Positions 11,117-20,854 of a DNA stretch of 64,000 bases are shown here, one piece after another (positions within the stretch are counted from its first letter, which is position 1; the number at the start of each line of letters is the position of its first letter). Position numbers and translations under genes: made by a program. The notes under the pieces are model-generated. The model made no database searches and was not told the origin of the DNA. It saw nothing but the letters and a program-made list of their open reading frames with translations. The DNA is from Candidatus Cloacimonadales bacterium (GTDB lineage Bacteria > Cloacimonadota > Cloacimonadia > Cloacimonadales > JAFGVF01), in assembly GCA_963663475.2 (NCBI GenBank), contig CAXXJV010000001.1, positions 1,632,001 through 1,696,000 on the forward strand. The letters are read 5' to 3'.

Positions 11117-11464
11117 ATGTATTACTTAATAAAAGTTGCCATAACTTCTTGCTTAGTTGTTCTAATATCTGAGATTTCTAAAAGATCTTCAGTGATTGCA
11201 GGCATCTTAGCCTCAATTCCTTTATTATCATTTATAGCCATTTTTTGGATGTATTATGATAATAAAGACCTCAAGGTAATTATCGATTTTTCCAGATCAA
11301 TTTTCTGGTTAGTCATTCCCTCCCTCCTTTTCTTTATCGCTCTACCCATACTACTGAAAAGGGGTGTGAATTTTTACCTAGCAATGGGAATTTCAACTAC
11401 AGTGATGGTTATCTTTTATTATCTCATGCTACTTATACTAAAAAAATTAAATATAACAATATAA
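11117..11464 (+). CDS. Small membrane protein, DUF3147-like
   Basis: Four hydrophobic segments, SEISKRS..AGILASIPL motif. Confidence 0.7.
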   Translation: MYYLIKVAITSCLVVLISEISKRSSVIAGILASIPLLSFIAIFWMYYDNKDLKVIIDFSRSIFWLVIPSLLFFIALPILLKRGVNFYLAMGISTTVMVIFYYLMLLILKKLNITI

Positions 11465-11474
11465 AGGAGTTAAT

Positions 11475-11822
11475 GTGGAAATTAAAAGATTTGAAGGAAG
11501 TGGGAGAATGAGTAGAGTTGTTGAACATAATGGAAATCTCTATTTATGCGGTCAAACCTTTGGTGATAGTTTAGATATTAAAGAACAAACCCAGGGTGTC
11601 TTAGACAAGATAGATGCCTTACTAGCTAAGTATGGCTCAGACAAAAGACACATATTATCTGTTACTATTTACCTGAGGGATATGAAAGACTTTGCAGCTA
11701 TGAACCAAGTCTGGGATGCTTGGGTTGAAGCTGGTTTTGAACCTGCTAGAGCAACTGTAGAAGCAAGATTAGCCAGAGAAAGCCTCCTAGTTGAAATGTC
11801 TGTTATCGCTGTTAAAATATAA
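11475..11822 (+). CDS. Rid (YjgF/YER057c) family protein, YoaB-like
   Basis: RMSRVVEH, LYLCGQ, MNQVWDAW, PARATVEARLA. Confidence 0.9.
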   Translation: MEIKRFEGSGRMSRVVEHNGNLYLCGQTFGDSLDIKEQTQGVLDKIDALLAKYGSDKRHILSVTIYLRDMKDFAAMNQVWDAWVEAGFEPARATVEARLARESLLVEMSVIAVKI

Positions 11823-11823
11823 A

Positions 11824-12666
11824 ATGAAAAACATAGATCTAACTAAGATTGAAGAAGATATCTACCAAAATATTGCTAGAGTAGGTATAGTTATGGATCC
11901 TGACCTAAAAGAAGCCATAAGCCTAGCTAAAGAAAAAGAAAGCAACCCTCTAGCTTCAGATATTTTAGGAGATATCCTCTTGAATGGACAAGTAGCCCAA
12001 GACCTGCAAAAACCTCTTTGTCAAGATACTGGTCTAGCTGTCTTCTTTGTTGAAGTAGGTTCTGAAATTACCTTTAATGGTAATCTTGAAGAAACTCTTA
12101 ATTCTGCAGTTGCCAGGGCTTATCAAGACTTCTATTTTCGTAAGTCTTTAGTCGCGGACCCCATCTTCTACAGGAAAAATACTGGAAATAATCTACCAGC
12201 AATAATCCACTGGAAATATACTTATGGTGAGCAAGTGAAGATTTCTTTTTCTGCTAAAGGAGGAGGGTCTGAAAACATGAGCCGACTGAAAATGTTGAAA
12301 CCAGCAGATGGACTACAAGGTGTTAAAGACTTTATTCTCCAGACTGTTATTGAAGGCAAAGGCAATCCCTGTCCTCCCATAATTGTAGGTGTTGGACTAG
12401 GTGGTAACTTTGAAACTTGTGCTCTGCTAGCTAAAAAAGCTCTTTTCAGAGACCTCAATGATAGCCATCCTCAAACAGAATGGGCAAAACTTGAAAGCCA
12501 GCTTCTAGCAGAGATAAATGCTAGTAATGTTGGACCACAAGGTCTGGGTGGGGATACTAGTGCCTTAGCTGTAAAAATTGAGTACTTACCCTGTCATATT
12601 GCTTCTCTGCCAGTAGCTGTAAATATCCAGTGTCATTCTAATAGACACTTCACTTTAATTTATTAA
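11824..12666 (+). CDS. Class I Fe-S fumarate hydratase / tartrate dehydratase, alpha subunit
   Basis: PLCQDTG, KGGGSENMS, NPCPP, PCHIASLPVAVNIQCH; ATG at 11824. Confidence 0.92.
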   Translation: MKNIDLTKIEEDIYQNIARVGIVMDPDLKEAISLAKEKESNPLASDILGDILLNGQVAQDLQKPLCQDTGLAVFFVEVGSEITFNGNLEETLNSAVARAYQDFYFRKSLVADPIFYRKNTGNNLPAIIHWKYTYGEQVKISFSAKGGGSENMSRLKMLKPADGLQGVKDFILQTVIEGKGNPCPPIIVGVGLGGNFETCALLAKKALFRDLNDSHPQTEWAKLESQLLAEINASNVGPQGLGGDTSALAVKIEYLPCHIASLPVAVNIQCHSNRHFTLIY

Positions 12667-12677
12667 GGAGGACCAGT

Positions 12678-13193
12678 ATGGATTTACACACTCCACTAAC
12701 AAGTGACAAATGTACAAGCTTAAAAGCTGGAGATAAAGTTTACCTGTCAGGGACCATCTATACAGCCAGAGACCAGTCTCATAAACGGATTGTTGAAACA
12801 ATAAATAGGGGAGAAGAACCTCCCTTTATCCTCAAGGATGCTATTATTTTTTATGTGGGTCCTAGTCCAGCTAAACCAGGTCAAGTAATCGGGTCAGCTG
12901 GTCCAACCACTAGCTACCGTATGGATTCTTATACCCCCTTCCTCTTAGAAAAAGGCTTAAAAGGCATGATTGGTAAGGGAGAGAGAAGCAGGGAAGTTAA
13001 AGAGTCTATTGTCAAAAATCAAGCTCTTTATTTTGTAGCTGTTGGTGGAGCAGGAGCCCTTCTGTCTGCATCCATAAAAGATGCTAAGATAATAGCTTAC
13101 CCTGACTTAGGACCTGAGGCTGTTTATCAATTAGAAGTTGAGAAATTTCCCTGCTATGTGGCAATTGATTGCCATGGCAATAGTCTCTTATAA
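12678..13193 (+). CDS. Class I Fe-S fumarate hydratase, beta subunit
   Basis: TARDQSHKR, GPTTSYRMD, MIGKG, GGAGA. Confidence 0.92.
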   Translation: MDLHTPLTSDKCTSLKAGDKVYLSGTIYTARDQSHKRIVETINRGEEPPFILKDAIIFYVGPSPAKPGQVIGSAGPTTSYRMDSYTPFLLEKGLKGMIGKGERSREVKESIVKNQALYFVAVGGAGALLSASIKDAKIIAYPDLGPEAVYQLEVEKFPCYVAIDCHGNSLL

Positions 13194-13250
13194 AGTTCTC
13201 TTGCACCATTCAGGATTATTTTGCATAAATTAAGAAAAAACTTTTTTTTA

Positions 13251-13277
13251 TTGACATACTAGAATATTAAGTATAAT
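13251..13277 (+). promoter_or_regulatory. Sigma-70 type promoter of the outer-membrane protein gene
   Basis: TTGACA at 13251 and TATAAT at 13272 (15-nt spacer; an alternative -10, TAATTT, gives 17 nt). Confidence 0.6.
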
Positions 13278-13409
13278 TTCGTAAAAGTTAACTAATTCTT
13301 AAAATTTTTACATATTATGATTAGTTATCACTTGTGGAAGGAAGGATAAATACCACCATATTAAAGATATCCTTCACATAGAAAAAAGTATATTTGAAAG
13401 GAGTTCATA

Positions 13410-14579
13410 ATGAACAAAAAGACTTTATTTATGTTATTAGTGACTTTATTTGTCATGACAAGTATGTTCGCAACTCAAGCAAGAATGAGTGGATTAGGTA
13501 ATCCTTATGGTTTAATTGAAGATGATACTGATGTATTTATTTACCCAGCGACTATCTTTAACTATAGTGGTGCAGTTGCTGAATTGCAGCAAGGAGCTGG
13601 ATCAGCAAACTGGAACATGAGTGCTAATATTCCTATTCTTGATTACAAACTTGGTGTTTACTTAAATCGTGACACTATGCTTGATTTGCCTGGTTATGGA
13701 GTAAATCTTGCTCTAGGAAAAAGTGTTGAATTCAACTTTGGTTTTCTGGATAAATTCGCTATCGGATTTGGTACTGCTGCAGACTATAGCTCAGAAGTTG
13801 AAATTGGTGATTTCAAAAAAGAACCATCAGCAAGCTACTTCTCTTTCTTTGGTGGTTACTCAGATAAGGGTATGGATGCTGGTTTAAGACTTGAGATGGC
13901 TAATGCTGAAGATGTTGATACTGAAGATGTTGATACTGATAATCATTACATACAAATGTCTTACACAGCATTGGATCTAAGAGGCAGACAGTACATTATT
14001 AATGAAGATAACATGTCATTAATGGTTCAAGCTGGTTATATGATGAAAATGGAAGAGTATAACTATGAAAACTTAGTTGGTGATAAACTTGAAGACAAGG
14101 AAATATCTCAATCAATGTTGGATATTGGTTTTGGTTTACAAGTTAAAGCAGGACAAAGAAGTAAAATTATCTTTGGTTTAACTCCAATTATATATAATCC
14201 GATAAGTTCTGAATATACTACCTATAATAATGATGACAAAACTACCACCAAATATGATGATACTTGGATGTTCTTCCCTGAATATAACCTTGCTGTTGAA
14301 TCTCAAATCTGCTCATGGTTAACAGGTAGAGTAGGCGCTAACCAAGTTTATGCTCATGTTAGTCAAGAAGTAGATTATGATGAAACTATGGCACAAGAAG
14401 ATACAGAAGAAAACTTCTACAGTAAAGATTTCCATATGAACTTAGGTCTTACCTTCTCATTCGGTAATTTCTGTATTGATTCTGTATTAGAACAAGAATT
14501 GCTTTTTGAAGGTCCAGATTTCATCGGTGGAAATGCTAATGGCTTAGCTACTGAAATCTCCGTAAAGTATAAATTCTAG
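13410..14579 (+). CDS. Outer-membrane beta-barrel protein, function unknown
   Basis: Signal peptide, amphipathic beta strands, C-terminal beta-signal ISVKYKF. Confidence 0.7.
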   Translation: MNKKTLFMLLVTLFVMTSMFATQARMSGLGNPYGLIEDDTDVFIYPATIFNYSGAVAELQQGAGSANWNMSANIPILDYKLGVYLNRDTMLDLPGYGVNLALGKSVEFNFGFLDKFAIGFGTAADYSSEVEIGDFKKEPSASYFSFFGGYSDKGMDAGLRLEMANAEDVDTEDVDTDNHYIQMSYTALDLRGRQYIINEDNMSLMVQAGYMMKMEEYNYENLVGDKLEDKEISQSMLDIGFGLQVKAGQRSKIIFGLTPIIYNPISSEYTTYNNDDKTTTKYDDTWMFFPEYNLAVESQICSWLTGRVGANQVYAHVSQEVDYDETMAQEDTEENFYSKDFHMNLGLTFSFGNFCIDSVLEQELLFEGPDFIGGNANGLATEISVKYKF

Positions 14580-14606
14580 AAAAAAAACTTAGATTATGAT
14601 AATAAT

Positions 14607-14639
14607 GGAGTAGAGGATTTATTCTCTACTCTGTTTTTT
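14607..14639 (+). terminator. Rho-independent terminator
   Basis: GGAGTAGAGGA/TTCTCTACTCT stem followed by a T-run. Confidence 0.75.
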
Positions 14640-14744
14640 AGCTTCTTGTTCAAGTCTCTTCACCCGAAGTCCCTTGCCTACGGCTGAGGAAGTCTGGTCT
14701 CCTGCAAAAAGCAGGCTCAAGTTCAAGTCAGGGATAAGTCTTGA

Positions 14745-14846
14745 ATCCCCAAAAGGGGATAAATAGTTTAGCCCAGGGTAAATTCCTGAAGGGAATGCAA
14801 CCCTGGGTACTGGTGATGAAAAACAAAGCCTAACCCTGAAAGGGTT
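14745..14846 (+). repeat. REP-like composite hairpin element (family also at 16659-16762 minus and 20529-20632 plus), interrupted by IS1182
   Basis: Shared blocks CCC-(GA/AA)AA-GGG hairpin, TAGCCCAGGGTAA...GCAACCCTGGGTA, and ACCCTG(A/T)AAGGGTT. Confidence 0.75.
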
Positions 14847-16510
14847 CAGGTAGTAGACAAACCCCCTCTTTTTTAAATAGAAATTTACGCTGTTTTTAGC
14901 AATTTAAATAAATCTGAAGAGTCATTTATGTTTTGCCCTTTTTTTATGTTAATTTTACTGATTTGGAACTTCAGAATGTAAATATAATACTTCATTTGTG
15001 AAAAAATAAATTTTGATAATGGATTGGTTCCACCACCTCCACGTCTGCTGAGGATATTGGCCATTTTTTTGATATTTTGAGCTATAGCGGTCATGTAAGC
15101 TTGGAATTTCATTTTCTCAATTCCCCTAAATTTAGCATATCGATAACCGTGTAATTCTTTGCTATTAGCGAAACTCCGTTCTATAGTTTCTTTTCGCCGT
15201 CGATATATTTCCTTACCATATTCACTATTAGTATTATCTTTAACCCAATCTTTATATTTTTGCCAAACATGATTTCTTATTGATTTAGTTCCATTTTTAT
15301 TAGTTATACACTGCCCAAAATATTTACAGTTTTTACAATCTGATTTTGACGATTTATACTCTTTTGAACCTGTTCTCGTGGTTGTATAATACTTTAAGAT
15401 ACAATTATTAGGACATATCCATATATCTTTATCTTTATCATATTTAAACTTATTCTTCTTAAAAAAGTGCTTTTTCCCTCCTGCTTTTCTTCTTCCCATT
15501 GTTGCAAATATGCCTAAATCATATAGTTCCTTACAAATATATGTTGTATTATAACCAGCATCTAAACCCACAGCTTCAACATCAAAACCAAACCTGTTAA
15601 TCTGATATTTTAACCTGTCTATATAGCATGTACTATCACTTACATTAGCCGGAGTTATATGAACATCTGTAATTATATTAAAGAGAGAATCTGTTGTTCT
15701 GTGATCTAAATAATAAAAACCCCGTGGCTTGCGTTCACGATTCATTTCTCCACTATCTGGATCTGTCGTACTTTGCTTTATTGTCTTGGTTTCTTCTTTA
15801 ATCTCGGCTTCAGGGAAAGGTTTCTTATCATGAGCTACTCTATCTTCATTTACTGCTTTATTTAATTCTCCAACATATTCTTGGGGAGTTTTGGTAACCT
15901 CTATTTTTCTGAAATTCTTGTTATTTGCATTGGCTTTAGTATGTGTAGAGTCTGTATATAATACTTTGCCATCAAGCATATCAGACTTCAGTGCCATGAA
16001 GACTAAATCTTCAAAAATTTCTTGAAATATTGAACTATCCTTGAATCGTCTTTGTCGATTTTTGCTAAAAACTGAATGGTGAGGTATCTTATCTAATAGT
16101 TTATAACCTAAAAACCACCTAAAGGCTGTACTATGTTCTATTTCAAGAACTAATTTTCTTTCTGACTTAATCCCATATAAATATCCGATTAGTAGCATTT
16201 TAAAGAATCTTACAGGGTCAATACCTGGACGTCCGTTATCCAAACAATACAAATGTTTTACTTTATCATATATAAAATCAAAATTTATATATTTGTCAAT
16301 TTTTCTTATAGGATGGTCTTCTTTTACTAATTGTTCGATGGTTACCATCTCAATTTCTGTCTGTCTATTTATTTTTTCAATCATATCTTACCTCTTGTAC
16401 AATAAAGTATTATGGGTATATTATGTCAAGATATTTATTGCTAATTATTCAACTTTTTATGTATTATATTAAATCATATTATTAATTACAATAGGTTTGT
16501 CAACAGCCTG
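14847..16510 (-). mobile_element. Complete IS1182-family insertion sequence
   Basis: 17-bp terminal IRs CAGGTAGTAGACAAACC / GGTTTGTCAACAGCCTG; 15-bp direct repeats AACCCTGAAAGGGTT at 14832-14846 and 16511-16525. Confidence 0.92.
14885..16384 (-). CDS. IS1182 family DDE transposase
   Basis: GRPGIDP, SERKL, FRWFLG, DSTHTKANA, TTDPDS, LDAGY, RKETIERSFANSKELHG motifs. Confidence 0.93.
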   Translation of the reverse strand: MIEKINRQTEIEMVTIEQLVKEDHPIRKIDKYINFDFIYDKVKHLYCLDNGRPGIDPVRFFKMLLIGYLYGIKSERKLVLEIEHSTAFRWFLGYKLLDKIPHHSVFSKNRQRRFKDSSIFQEIFEDLVFMALKSDMLDGKVLYTDSTHTKANANNKNFRKIEVTKTPQEYVGELNKAVNEDRVAHDKKPFPEAEIKEETKTIKQSTTDPDSGEMNRERKPRGFYYLDHRTTDSLFNIITDVHITPANVSDSTCYIDRLKYQINRFGFDVEAVGLDAGYNTTYICKELYDLGIFATMGRRKAGGKKHFFKKNKFKYDKDKDIWICPNNCILKYYTTTRTGSKEYKSSKSDCKNCKYFGQCITNKNGTKSIRNHVWQKYKDWVKDNTNSEYGKEIYRRRKETIERSFANSKELHGYRYAKFRGIEKMKFQAYMTAIAQNIKKMANILSRRGGGGTNPLSKFIFSQMKYYIYILKFQISKINIKKGQNINDSSDLFKLLKTA

Positions 16511-16810
16511 AACCCTGAAAGGGTTAAATAACATCATATATACCATAGACTGGGAGCGCTGGCATTCCTGCCGGCACCAAGCTTTTCAAGCTTGGTTTTG
16601 TGGAAGCGAGCCACTTCCACTTCATAAAGACATTATGTTACATCATTTATCATTTTATTAAACCCTTACAGGGTAATATCTTTGGGCTAGCCATCATTAC
16701 CCAGGGTTGCGATACTTTCAGCATCTTACCCTGGACTAAATTATTTTATCCCTTTAAGGGATTTTTGATGAATCAATATTCTAATGAAATATTCTCATTT
16801 TCCTATATTA

Positions 16811-16974
16811 TCCCGAATGGTGCAGTAGAACTTTGATGAAGAGTGCTAGATTCTTTTAGCAAAATAAGTTACAGAATTTGAAGGCATATAATATATATAT
16901 TCCTGAAAATTATGTAGCTTACTTTTGCAAAAGAAGATAGTGCTATTCGCAAAGGTCTACTGCATTATTTGGGA
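16811..16974 (-). mobile_element. MITE copy 1 (~163-bp family)
   Basis: ~24-bp imperfect TIRs (CCCGAATGGTGCAGTAGAACTTTG / CAAAGGTCTACTGCATTATTTGGG); flanked TTA/TTA. Confidence 0.8.
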
Positions 16975-17199
16975 TTATTCCCACCAGAATTGAATTTGAG
17001 CCTTTTTTTATTAATCTGATATTAGGGAGAATCTCAGTCCATATAATTAATACCCTTAGTCCTTATTTCTACTCAAAATTAAGAATAAACAATATTTTTT
17101 AACAATTATCCTCATCTTACAAGTATTTTGGAAAGTATCTTGCATTAATAAATATATTACTTAGATTATTAAAATGTTAAATATTATATGGAGGATCTA

Positions 17200-20100
17200 A
17201 TGAGAATTAGACTTATTGTTTTGCTAATGTTACTCACGACACTTATCTCTGCACAGACAATGTGGGATAGTGCTGTACCTATCAGACAGGGTGTTAATAT
17301 TGAATGGTCACGTGCAACTGCTACCTCTGATGATGGTGGGATTGTTTATGTATGGTCAGACACCAAGTTTGGTGGAAGAGACCTTTTTGCTATGAAATTT
17401 GATGGAAATGGTAATTCAGTATGGGGTGAAAATCCTACTATTATCGATAACAAAATTGACAGACAGGAAGATCCTGTAATCATCAAAACTTCTGATGGTA
17501 ACTTTATAATTGCTTGGATTGATTTTTCTCAAGATCAAGATGGCGATGTTTATGCCCAAAAAGTAGATAATGCTAGTGGTGATTTACTCTGGCAAGAAGG
17601 TGGGGTAGAAGTTTGTACATACCAAGATATTCAAATTTCTCTTAATATTGTAGAAAACAATGTTGGTGGTGCCTATATTCTCTGGAGAGACAGTAGAAAT
17701 CCTTCAGTTGACCTTTATGCTGCCAACTTAGATGGTTCTGGTAACAACCTTTGGGATGTTGATGGAATGCCGATAGCTAATTCTAATAATCCTGAAACAT
17801 CAAACTCAATGCGTGAAGATGGAGATGGTGGCTTCTTTATAGGTTACCAAGTTACTATTGATAACAATTCAAACATCTTTGCTAAAAGATTCAATCATGA
17901 TGGCCAATCTCTTTGGGGAGAAGCTATTCCTATCGCTGTAGCCAATGGTGATCAATCAACTCCAAGAGTTGCTCCTGATGGCCTAGGTGGATTTGTCTTT
18001 GTTTGGGAAGATAAAAGAGAAGTTACTTCAAATATCTTTGCTCAAAGATTATTAGCTGACGGTAGTGCAGCTTGGGGAGATTATTTAGAAGTTTATAGTG
18101 ACGAAGATGATGCTCAAAGTTTCACTCAAAACTATCCTCAATTACAAGCTGATGGTATGGGTAATGTAATTGTTTCTTGGCAAGACCAAAGAGCTTCATT
18201 TGATAATGTTGGACTTTTTGCTCAGAAAATTAACTCAGATGGACAATATCTTTGGGATGAAGATGGTGTGGAAATTAGAGCTAACCAAGTTAGAGAACTT
18301 ACACAAAGAATAGACAGTGATACTAATGGGGGAGTTTATGTTATCTGGACAGATATGCGTAATGGTGATTTCCCTAATGTTGATATTTATGCCCAACATT
18401 TAAACTCAGATGGAAGCTTCCAATGGGGTGATGATGGTCTTGTAATCTGTGATGCTGTAAATGAACAAAATAACCCTCTTATTAAAAAGAGTGGCGACCA
18501 TATTTTTACAGTTTGGTTAGATGCTAGAACTGGTTCAATAGGTATAGACCAACAAATTATTGACGCTAATTCAAACATAGTATTAGCAGAAAATGGTGAG
18601 ACTGTTTTCTACGGACTTAGTGGCGATGCTGGTAAAGATGATTTAATTGAAGCTTTACCACGTCTTAATCAAAATGATGCTATTGTTATTTGGCATGATA
18701 CTCGCGGTGCAAGTAATGGTTACCAAATCTTCTACCAATTTGTTAATCCTGATGGAACATATGATTTAGAAGAGAATGGTCGTCCTGTTACTACTCAAAC
18801 AGGTTACTCTCAATCTACTTTTGATGCAGCTGTTAATCCTGCTGGTGAAACATTAATTATTTGGACTGAACAAAGAGGTTTTTATCCTAAAGTTTATGCT
18901 CAGTTGATTGATGTAGATGGAAACTATCTCTTAGGAGATACTGGTTTAGAAATGACAACAGCATTTACTGCTGGACAAGAAGATCCTCGTGTATGTTATT
19001 ATAATGGAGACTTCTATCTTGGCTGGTCTGATAATGTTCTTACTGAAGAAGGACTTATCATCAAGAAAGTATTTGGTCAACGTATTAGTAATGGCCAAAG
19101 ACAATGGGGTGATGAAGGTATTCAAATCTCAGGTGTAGGTTCTGAAGAAGAAATTGAAATGCAACTTTATGATGTAATAGGTAATTATTATTTATGGAAT
19201 ATTGCTTCTACAGATAGAAGAGTTGTCAAAGTTGATGCAGATGGTCAAGTTTATCCTGGCTATGCAGCTGAAGGTAATCCTATAGCTCCTGATGGTGTTT
19301 GGGTAGAAGCTGGTGGTTCAGGTCAAAGTCATAATGATCAGCTTTATTATGCTTGGGCTGATAACAGAGAAGATTATATCAATACAATCTTTACTCAAAG
19401 TTTCCTTGATGATGGCTCTTTTGCTTGGCAAGCAGGAATTCCTACAAGTTTACACGAAGTTGATGGTGCTTTGAATGAAGCTAGAAATCCAGATTTAACT
19501 GTAGGTGATGCTGTATATGTAACTTGGAATGAAAGTCTTACTTCAGATAATGAAAACATTAAAGTGCAAAAATTTGACTTTGAGGGTCAAGCTGAATTCC
19601 CTGCAGAAGGTATTACTTTAGGCGAAGGTGAAATAACTCAAGTTAACCCTAAAATAGCGCCTATCTCTAATGGCTACTATGCTGTTGCTTGGGAACAACA
19701 ATCAGGTATTGAATTTGACCTTTATATGAATTTAATTAGATATAACGGTGAAAGACTTAACGGCTCAAATGGTATCGTTTTAACTGACGAACTTAAAGAC
19801 CAAAAGTCTGTTAGAATCGTTCCTATGGGAGATGGAAAAGCTTTCTTCTTCTGGGCTGATGGTATCTCTTCAGGAAAAACTGTTATTCTAGGTGTTTATT
19901 CACAATATGTTGACTTCTCATCTGTATCTAATGATGATTTAAATGATGCTCAAATAGCTAACATGTCTCTTGCTCAAAACTACCCTAACCCATTTAATCC
20001 TACTACTAAAATTTCTTTTAATTTAGCTAAGGATATGGAAAATGTAGAACTTGCAATCTACAACCTAAAGGGTCAAAAAGTTAAAACTATTGCTAAAGAT

Positions 20101-20238
20101 AACTTTACAAAAGGTTCTTACTCTTTTGTTTGGAATGGTGATAATGACCAAGAAAAAGCTGTTGCCTCAGGACTTTACTTCTATAAATTAAATGCTGGTA
20201 AAGAATCTGTAACTAGAAAAATGGTCTTAATGAAATAA
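17200..20238 (+). CDS. Large secreted repeat protein (probable beta-propellers) with FlgD-Ig/T9SS type A-like C-terminal domain
   Basis: Signal peptide; repeated W-x-D-x-R...D(I/L/V)YAQ...G..LW units; C-terminal QNYPNPFNPTTKISF...IYNLKGQKV...RKMVLMK; GGAGG RBS before ATG 17200. Confidence 0.8.
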   Translation: MRIRLIVLLMLLTTLISAQTMWDSAVPIRQGVNIEWSRATATSDDGGIVYVWSDTKFGGRDLFAMKFDGNGNSVWGENPTIIDNKIDRQEDPVIIKTSDGNFIIAWIDFSQDQDGDVYAQKVDNASGDLLWQEGGVEVCTYQDIQISLNIVENNVGGAYILWRDSRNPSVDLYAANLDGSGNNLWDVDGMPIANSNNPETSNSMREDGDGGFFIGYQVTIDNNSNIFAKRFNHDGQSLWGEAIPIAVANGDQSTPRVAPDGLGGFVFVWEDKREVTSNIFAQRLLADGSAAWGDYLEVYSDEDDAQSFTQNYPQLQADGMGNVIVSWQDQRASFDNVGLFAQKINSDGQYLWDEDGVEIRANQVRELTQRIDSDTNGGVYVIWTDMRNGDFPNVDIYAQHLNSDGSFQWGDDGLVICDAVNEQNNPLIKKSGDHIFTVWLDARTGSIGIDQQIIDANSNIVLAENGETVFYGLSGDAGKDDLIEALPRLNQNDAIVIWHDTRGASNGYQIFYQFVNPDGTYDLEENGRPVTTQTGYSQSTFDAAVNPAGETLIIWTEQRGFYPKVYAQLIDVDGNYLLGDTGLEMTTAFTAGQEDPRVCYYNGDFYLGWSDNVLTEEGLIIKKVFGQRISNGQRQWGDEGIQISGVGSEEEIEMQLYDVIGNYYLWNIASTDRRVVKVDADGQVYPGYAAEGNPIAPDGVWVEAGGSGQSHNDQLYYAWADNREDYINTIFTQSFLDDGSFAWQAGIPTSLHEVDGALNEARNPDLTVGDAVYVTWNESLTSDNENIKVQKFDFEGQAEFPAEGITLGEGEITQVNPKIAPISNGYYAVAWEQQSGIEFDLYMNLIRYNGERLNGSNGIVLTDELKDQKSVRIVPMGDGKAFFFWADGISSGKTVILGVYSQYVDFSSVSNDDLNDAQIANMSLAQNYPNPFNPTTKISFNLAKDMENVELAIYNLKGQKVKTIAKDNFTKGSYSFVWNGDNDQEKAVASGLYFYKLNAGKESVTRKMVLMK

Positions 20239-20284
20239 AAAAAGGAAGGCTTGCAGCTTGCAAGCATCTCCTAAAATATATGTT

Positions 20285-20314
20285 AAAGCCTCGCTGATGC
20301 GAGGCTTTACTTTT
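20285..20314 (+). terminator. Rho-independent terminator
   Basis: AAAGCCTCGC-TGAT-GCGAGGCTTT followed by T-rich sequence. Confidence 0.8.
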
Positions 20315-20318
20315 ATTA

Positions 20319-20481
20319 TCCCAAATAATGCAGTAGATCTTTGTGAATAGCACTATATTATTCTGAAAAAGTAACTTCCATAATTTTTCCGAATATATAT
20401 GTTATATGCGTCAAAATTCTGTAAGCTATTTTGCTAGAATAATCTGCACTCTTCACTAAAGTTCTACTACACAATCTGGGA
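20319..20481 (+). mobile_element. MITE copy 2
   Basis: TCCCAAATAATGCAGTAGA ... TCTACTACACAATCTGGGA; same family as 16811, 43647 and 49808. Confidence 0.8.
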
Positions 20482-20708
20482 TAATATAGGAAAATGAGAA
20501 TATTTCATTAGAATATGGACTCATCTAAAATCCCTGAAAGGGATAAATAATTTAGCCCAGGGTAAGATGCTGAAAGTATCGCAACCCTGGGTAATAATGG
20601 CTAGCCCAAAGATATTACCCTGTAAGGGTTTAATAAAAAAATTAATAATGTATTATCCCAAATAATGCAATAGATTTAAGACTTATCCATACCCTATCCA
20701 TCCCTTAT

Positions 20709-20767
20709 CCTTCCTTTACAGTCTTTCGATGAAAGTCCAGGTTTCATCGAAAGACTGTAAAGGAAGG
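20709..20767. repeat. Perfect 26-bp inverted repeat with a 7-nt loop
   Basis: CCTTCCTTTACAGTCTTTCGATGAAA - GTCCAGG - TTTCATCGAAAGACTGTAAAGGAAGG. Confidence 0.95.
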
Positions 20768-20854
20768 GTCAAGGATGATATAGCAGCTTAACCCCAAAAT
20801 AGTGCATAGATCTTTGTGAATAGCAGAATATTCTTCTGCAAAAGTAAGATCCAT

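Noticed and set aside
16600-16836. 78-aa ORF (similarly 25668-25895 and 51503-51790)
   Set aside because: They run across REP, MITE or IS-end sequence; the paralogous repeat copies do not preserve the frames.
20244-20308. Diversity-generating retroelement target (hairpin after the 3' end of surface-protein genes)
   Set aside because: No reverse transcriptase and no TR/VR pair differing only at adenines in the window; the gene ends are conserved CTDs, not variable regions.
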